From assembly GCF_009914755.1 (NCBI RefSeq), contig NC_060930.1: a DNA stretch of 64,000 nucleotides; one strand, 5' to 3'. The notes beneath the pieces are model-generated. The model saw only the letters and a program-made list of their open reading frames with translations, ran no database searches and was not told where the DNA came from. This document shows, piece after piece, positions 56,561 to 64,000 of this stretch. Numbering within the stretch: the stretch's first letter is position 1; each line of letters begins with the position of its first letter. Position numbers and translations under genes: made by a program. Source of the DNA: the human T2T-CHM13v2.0 reference genome, Homo sapiens.

Positions 56561-57156
56561 GACTTCTCAAATAACTAAAAACAGAACTACCATTTGACCC
56601 AGCAATCCCATTACTGGGTTTATATCCAAAAGAAAATAAATCATTCTACCAAAAAGACACATACACTTGCAAGTTCATCACAGCACTATTCACAACAGCA
56701 AAGACATGGAATCAACCTAGGTGCCCATCATTGGTTGATCAAAAAAAAAAAATGTGGTATATATACACCATAAAATACTTTGCAGCCATAAAACAAACCA
56801 AAAATGAAATCATGTCTTTTGCAACAACATGAATAAAGCTGGAGACCGCTATCCTAAGTAAATTAATGCAGGAACAGAAAACCCAATACTGCATGTTCTC
56901 ACTTATAAGTGGGAGCTAAACACTGGGTCCCCATGGACATAAAGATGGCAACCATAGACATTTGGGACTACTAGAGGGAAGAGGGCAAGAAGGAGACAAG
57001 GGTTGAAAGTCTTCCTCTTCAGTACTGTGCTAAGTACCTGCATGATGGGGTCAATTGTACCCCAAAACTCAGCATCATGCAATATACCTATGTAACTAAC
57101 CTGCACATGTATGCCCTGTATTTAAAATAGAAGGTAAAATTATTTTAAAAAATTAA
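56561..57156 (+). mobile_element. L1PA15/16-like 3' fragment nested in the L1PB
   Basis: A second L1 3' end with its own tail; host L1 resumes at CATGAACAGA; CAAAGAA duplicated on both sides. Confidence 0.8.
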
Positions 57157-58079
57157 CAAAGAACATGAACAGATATTTTGCAAAAGGAGACATACAAATG
57201 GCCAACAAACATATGAAAGAAAGCTCAATGTCACTAATCTCAGAGGAATGCAAATTAAAACCACATTGAGATACTATCTCACATAAGTCAGAACGGCTAT
57301 TTTTCAAAAGTCAGAAAATAACAGATGTGGAGAACAGTAAATGCTTATGCACTGTTGGCAGAAATGGAAATTAGTACGACCTCTATGGAAAACAATATGG
57401 AGATTTACCTAAGAACCAAAAATAGAACTACCCTTTGATCCAGCAATCCCACTGCTGGGTATCTACCCAAAGGAAAATAAATCATTATATCAGAAAGATA
57501 CTTGCATTTGAATATTTATTGCAGCACTATTACCAATAGCAAAGATAGGGAATCAACCCTAGTGAACGTTAACTAATGAATGAATAAAGAAAATATCGTT
57601 ATATATTAATGGAATGCTACTCAGCCAAAAAAATGAATGAAATAATGTCTTTTGTAGCAACCTGGATGGAACTGGAGGCTGCTCTCTTAAGTGAAATAAC
57701 TAAGAAACAGAAAGTCAAATATCACGTGGTCTCATTTATAAGTGGGAGCTAAATAATGTATACACAAGAAAGACATAGAGAGTGGAACAATAGACACTGG
57801 GCATTCAAAAAGATGAGAGAGTGGAAGGGGAATGAGGGATGAAAAATTACCCAATGAGTACAATGTACCCTATTCAGGTGATGGTTACACTAAAGCCCAG
57901 ATTTCACCAGTGTGCAATATATGGGTGTAACAAAACTGCACTTGTACTCCCTAAATCTATATTTAAAAAAAACAAGTAACATGTTAGGATTTTTTATTAT
58001 GCAATTACTGGACATTGTTTCCTAGAAGTAAGCATATAACAAATGGCAGTTTTCTTGATAAGCTTATTTCATTTCAATT

Positions 58080-58230
58080 CCTATATGTATAATATATTAC
58101 ATATATTAAATTATATGTATATGTAATACATTAGAATTATAATTATATGACATATAATTGTTATATATAAAAATTATATATAATTATATATTTGGAATTG
58201 TGTATAATAGCTGATATGCAATATATGAAA
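58080..58230. repeat. AT-rich low-complexity tract
   Basis: Degenerate (TA)/(TATAA) repeats. Confidence 0.8.
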
Positions 58231-59415
58231 ATAGAAAAAATCGTTAAATTAACAGAATTAATGTAACAAAAAATTTAACACAGCTGAATTGCTTGATCAA
58301 GTCTACGAAATAGTCAAATTGGTTTACTTCATCAGATTCAGTTCAGAATATACCAAAATCTCATTATTTATTTCTAATTAAAATGATTTTATAAATGTAA
58401 ATATTTATATATAATTGATAATTTAATGAAAAAGTAAATAAATTTTGCTTCTTTCACTATTGTGAAAACATGAAGAAATCTTTTCCAGAAATTTTTTTCT
58501 CCCTCCAAATGCAATCACTGAGAAGTTTCATATAACATGACTGATGGAATCACAGTTATTTTGTGACTTACACATGCAATGACTATTAATTTTACTTTTT
58601 CATGGATATTCCAAACCAATACTTTAGTTAAAATGTTTATCATCATGAAGCTATGTCATTCTTAAAGAAATTCTTAACCTTATTGACTTCAAATGTCTTA
58701 AAAAGATTGAGTATATTATGATAGGTAGGCTTATCCTTATATAAAAAAGTCAAACTTTCTCCAACATGTGTGTTTCTTTTTTAAAACACACATTATTTTT
58801 CTTAAAACATCCTGTTTGTGGCTTATTTTAATTTCATATTCAGATGCAGATTTGCCATAAGAACATACATTGCCTAGTTCTTTTATGCGTACAACTTCAA
58901 AAACAACCAAATTTTGAAGTGGTTGTCATCATGAACCCTGAAGATGAAGAATGTTTGCTATTTTCTAAGGGAAAGCAACTCATGATTTCATTGTGAGAAG
59001 GTAAGAAATACTTACTTTTTTTTGTCTGACCATAAATGACTTAAAACATTACTTTTATCTTTAGGTTTTATTTGTTGAATTTCGGTGGATAAATGGAGTT
59101 AGTTTCACAGATCTACTAATATTATTTACATTAATAATAAGAATTTTCAATGAATGTTTTAGAACAGCAAATAGGATGCATTCATCTCTCCTATTTTGTT
59201 AATCTTCACTGCACTTAAGACCATGTAGTAAATATTAAATCAAGTGAAAATCATTTCTGATAGTTAATTATTCAATCAATCAAGCAATATTTATTCAAGG
59301 CCTACTATATACTAGCCCGTGAGATAAATTGGTAGCCTTGTTGGTTCTAAATATTCACTTCTATCGGTAGATTTTATAGATAAGCAATTTAAAAGTAAAC
59401 ATTTAAGTAACTTAC

Positions 59416-59482
59416 CTTTGGTTCCTTGAACTTGGAGAAAAATCCAAAAAACAAAAATAGCTCTTCTAGTTTCCAAATACAT
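59416..59482 (-). CDS. IMPG1: IMPG1 coding exon 1 (67 nt; signal peptide MYLETRRAIFVFWIFLQVQGTK)
   Basis: ATG at 59482 in context CAGA-ATG-T; the translation matches the IMPG1 N-terminus as I recall it; ends at AAAG|GTAAGT donor (phase 1). Confidence 0.97.
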
Positions 59483-59760
59483 TCTGGCTTTTGTGCATTG
59501 GTAATTCTGATAACAATCACAGAACAACCTCAAATCTCATTAAAAAGTAACAGAAATGTGAAAAATAATTATATATTGATACCAGATGATTGAGGATAAC
59601 CTTCTTGGTTTACCTTTATGAGGGTGTTAATTTATGAAGAACATGTAGCAGTGTCTGTTTCTGGAATAATCTGCTTGTCTTTCCCTCAGGTGTAATCTCT
59701 GCTTAAGGGCCAGCTGGAGGAACCTTTATCTCATTAACCTTCTGGAGGAGCATCTGTCAG
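59483..59760 (-). promoter_or_regulatory. IMPG1: IMPG1 5'UTR and proximal promoter (exact TSS not determinable from sequence)
   Basis: Directly upstream of the ATG; non-CpG-island; AT-rich CATAAATTAA element (~59627-59636, minus strand); K50 homeodomain (CRX/OTX2)-like TAATCT at 59667-59672 and 59693-59698. Confidence 0.6.
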
Positions 59761-60679
59761 CCTAGCTCCAGGACCCTGAATGCCATTATAAACAAGTGTC
59801 TACAGACACAGTTTTTTCTTAGTTATTCACCTGTTACAGTGACACAGAGAGCCAGGGGAAGTTCTGCCAAACAGAGAATAAGGCTGACAGTTAGGGTCAG
59901 ATGTTTTCTAAAATGACATGTACAAGAAACATCCATTAAAAGAGCTTAATTTCTGTCCCTGAAAGTATATGGTTATCCAATATGTATTAGTCTCCACAGA
60001 TAGCGAAACTGTCTCCATTCTCTTCTATGTTCTGCTTTATAAATTGCTTTTGATTTGGAATTACATACAGGTGGCTTTTTTGATTTAAGTCTGGTTTTAA
60101 TGTTTAAAATCTGTATGCACTGTGTTTAAGGGGTCAAATACTTTTTTTCTACAAAGTTTGTAAGAAAAAATTGTGCCTTTCTTCTACCCATGCCTTCTTT
60201 CAAAGGGGAGCCATTTTTACTTCATCAACCTAATTCTTCTAGTAGTCTCATTTGCACTTCTAAATAACATGCCTCTATTACTATTTTGGAGGTTTTCACT
60301 TTTAGGTATTATCAAATAATAGATATTGAGAATAACTTCACTTCCACACATACCCTTTCTACTCATTGTAAACATCTTTCCATCTTTCTTCATCAGTATT
60401 ATTGTAATTTCAGTTTTTGAATATTTGATTTTATATTATTTTGACTATACATGCTACATATTGCTGAGTCATGAAACACACTGCAACTACTACTGTATAT
60501 TGAGCTCTTGTGTTGTGGATAGACATTGTTCTTAGAGATGTCCATAGATTATCCATAGATTCCTCAATATGACAATATAAACACTGTTAATACTATCTCT
60601 TTTAAATTTGAGGAGAATAAAGTATATGTGGCAGAGCTAGGATTTAAACCTAAAGAGTCTGGTTCAAAAGCCTACACCC

Positions 60680-61025
<346 letters not shown>

Positions 61026-62506
61026 TGATACTTTTTGCATAGTCTCATTAAAAAAAACTTTTTTTAGTTTCTAAATACAAAATAATAAATTATCCCCAAA
61101 TATTCCCCTGGATATGTAAATCTCTTCACATAAACACTTCAAATAGTCTGTCTTTCCCAGGGCTTTCTAACCCTCTCCAGTCTGTATTATTTAATTTCTT
61201 GTCATTGTTCATAGCAGTCATCTGGGGATTGCCCTTCACAGTCATCCTGAGGATTCCTTCAACCTCTTTCTTGTGTTGGATCTTGTGATTTCTGGATCCT
61301 GTATTGTCTTCTTTCTTAACTTAATCTCTTGTTTTAGCGGAGCAACTGCTCTAGTACATTACTGAAAGTTTGTGGTAGGTAAATTTAAAATCTTACATGT
61401 TTGAAAATGGTTTCCATCTGCCCTCATACTTGTTTGATAGTTTGGCTGGATATAGAATTCTGGGTTGAAAACAACATTCATTTAGATATTGAAAATGTCA
61501 GCTGTAGAAATTCTAAAACTTTATTACTGTTGTCTTCTTTCTCGTGGTTTGTTGTGGCTTTATACTTAAAAAAATTCCTTAAATATTATTTTCTTGGGGT
61601 ATTCAGAGGTGGTCAAAGGGAATGGATTTTTAGCTCTTACCTTCAACTACAGATTATTTTGGTAATATTTAAAGAAAACTACCATCAATCGGTATATAAG
61701 CCTGCTTATAACAATGTATTTGAAAATGAGAAATGAACTAGGTGGAAGATGAATCTATTTTTCCCTAATTATATGTAGAAAAAATGATATTAGAATGCAA
61801 TAGACTAGATACATACTTATACATAAGTATTTCTAAAATACATTCATATTAGTTGAAGAAATACTTCTCTCTTGGTTTGCTATATAGTTCTATGTTATAC
61901 TTACATTTCTAACCCTGTTATGAAACATTTCTTCTTTCTCTAGGAAAGAAACCAACAATTTCAATTTCCGAAAACAATTTCCTCTTAATAGTTTTCTTAA
62001 TGAAATGTGTTGCTTAAAGAAAAATATAGGATAGACTAATTTGTGTTCAAGAAGGTATCCTCTATCATAGATATGAATATAAAAGTATTTAATTTGTTTT
62101 AAAATAACAAATATTTAAAAGTTTCTCTTGATGGCAGTACCTTATGCATTTTTCCTACTTTTGATGAAAAATCTGGGTAACTAATGTTGATAACTCCCAC
62201 TTAGATAGCAAACAAGAATGATAAGCATTCATTATTCCCAAGACCATGCTTTCTGGGACCATCAAGTTGTTCTCTAATTACTGTTGTGTTTAATTTTGGG
62301 TCACTGTTAATTAATCCAGAATTGCTTCTTCAAGGTGGTTGACTGTCAACTATAATTGTATATTCTTAAAGAGATAGGCTTTCCCCTGTATTTTCTGGCA
62401 GAATTTCAGTGGTGCATTTAAAATGTACAAGGTAGAGTGGAAAAGGCAGTGTATCTTTGCAGATATATTCCTTCATCTGAAATCAGTAGATATAAATAAT
62501 AAGTTT

Positions 62507-62871
62507 TATATTAGTAAATTTTCACACTGCTATAAAGAACTACCTGAGATTGGGTAATTTATGAAGAAAAAAATTTGACTAACAGGCAGGCTTAACAGAA
62601 AGCATGACTCAGGGGTTGCAGACAACTTACAATCATGGTGGAAGGGGAAGAAAGACCTGTCTTCTTATGGCGGCAGGAGAGAGAGAGGAACTGGGGCAAT
62701 GCCAGACTTTTAAACCATCAGATCTTGTGAGAACTCACTCGCTATCATGAGAACAGCATGGGGGAAACTGCCCCCATGATCCGATCACTTCCCACTGGGT
62801 CCCTCCCCTGAAATGTGGGGAATACAATTTAAGATGAGATTTGGGTGGAGGCACAGAGCAAAACCATATCA
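62507..62871 (-). mobile_element. THE1 (THE1D/C-like) MaLR solo LTR
   Basis: tatattagt...ctgctataaagaactacctgag...aaaccatatca is the reverse THE1 consensus; flanks AGTTT/TGTTT. Confidence 0.9.
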
Positions 62872-63037
62872 TGTTTACCAAAATGAATAAGTTAATATCA
62901 CAAAGAAATGATTCCTTTTGTTAATCAAAATAGACATAATTTTTTGAGTTCCTATTAAATATAAAACTCTCAATTAAGTGCTTTATATGCATAGTATGAC
63001 ATTTTCTCAGCACCCTCATGAGGTAAGTACTATTTTT

Positions 63038-63190
63038 TAATTAAATTTTATTAGAGATTTTTTATTTTTTTGTAGAAATGGGGTCTCACTCTGTTGCCCA
63101 AAGTGGCCTCAAACTCCTGGATTCAAGTGATGCTCCTGTCTTGGACTCCCAAAGTGTTGGGATTACAAGTGTGAGCCACTGCACCCAGCT
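63038..63190 (-). mobile_element. FLAM/Alu monomer inside a MIR
   Basis: Reverse left-monomer sequence; TSD AAGTACTATTTTT on both sides. Confidence 0.85.
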
Positions 63191-64000
63191 CTCAAGTACT
63201 ATTTTTATTTACATCTCACAGATGAGAAAACTGAGAGTTAGAGATGGTGAGTACATTATTCAACTATGCAACTAATAAAACTGAAGCAGGTTTTCCACCC
63301 AAGATCTCTCTACTTTCAAAGCCTATGTTCTTTCTACTGCTCCTCACTATGTTCTCTCTACAGGGAAAACATGCTGAGAAAGTAACTGATACTCACTGGA
63401 CAAGTTAATGACACTGAACAGAAGAGAAGCCATTGAAAAGGCAGGGTCCTATCAAAAGTTCACTGTTTACATTGATCTTTTCCTTCACATTACATCTACT
63501 GACTTAAACTTAGGTAAGGTGACTACCTAGGAATCTAGAAAGTTTCTGTCTCTGGAATGGTGTAGTCTTTTCTTTGGTAGTAGGACTAATGTCCTCTTAC
63601 TGTTTCTAGGTTTCTCTTTGCTCACATTATTGGCTGTTTATTTGTCTCTCCAATCCAGGCAGGCACAGGGGACTCTTGAAACATTTCTATCACCATTAAA
63701 ATGTGTAATTAGTCAGGAGTAGCTGAACTTCTCATAGAAGTAATCACTACTAGGAGGAGCAGTTAGGCACTACCATATGTATGAAATCTGTAATCTGGAA
63801 GGAATAGGTTCTATTAGTTATGAAAAATCCCTAATGTCCTCACCTGTATTTCTGGATGTTTTGAAGAAATGCCTTTCTTGTTAATAGAAGATTCACTATC
63901 TGTAGCTCAGAGAGTTTTCCCTTCATTATTATTCGTAACTTAGAAATTAGGGATATACTACACAGAAACACAAGGGTAACATTAATTGGGATGTCATCTA

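Noticed and set aside
59312-59533. 73-aa ORF suggesting an N-terminal extension of IMPG1
   Set aside because: It begins at TTG rather than ATG and runs past the exon 1 donor; the real start is the ATG at 59482.

Overview
Human (primate) genomic DNA: AT-rich, CpG-depleted and dense in Alu, L1 and ERV repeats. It carries the 5' part of IMPG1 (interphotoreceptor matrix proteoglycan 1 / SPACR) on the minus strand. Coding exons 1-7 splice cleanly into 807 nt (269 codons, MYLETRRAIF...ELAGKSQLQ), the gene continues off the left edge, and about 4.5 kb of upstream sequence lies at the right edge. Intron 4 is a non-canonical GC-AG intron following a 29-nt micro-exon. The introns hold a two-LTR MER61-type ERV1 provirus with an intact tRNA-Lys(CUU) primer-binding site, a MER4-group solo LTR, a near full-length L1PB with nested Alu and L1 insertions, an L1 with a 3' transduction-like tail, several Alus, DNA-transposon fossils and local duplications. 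There is no prokaryotic system or CRISPR array, and I cannot claim a new biological system. The best leads are: the GC donor with an adjacent UG repeat; CRX/NRL-like motif clusters in intron 1, including a perfect 20-bp palindrome; uORFs, one overlapping the start codon; the L1 3' transduction; a 26-bp perfect fold-back hairpin inside the L1; and unexplained local duplications at 30-33 kb. Repeat subfamily names are recalled from consensus sequences and need RepeatMasker/Dfam confirmation.
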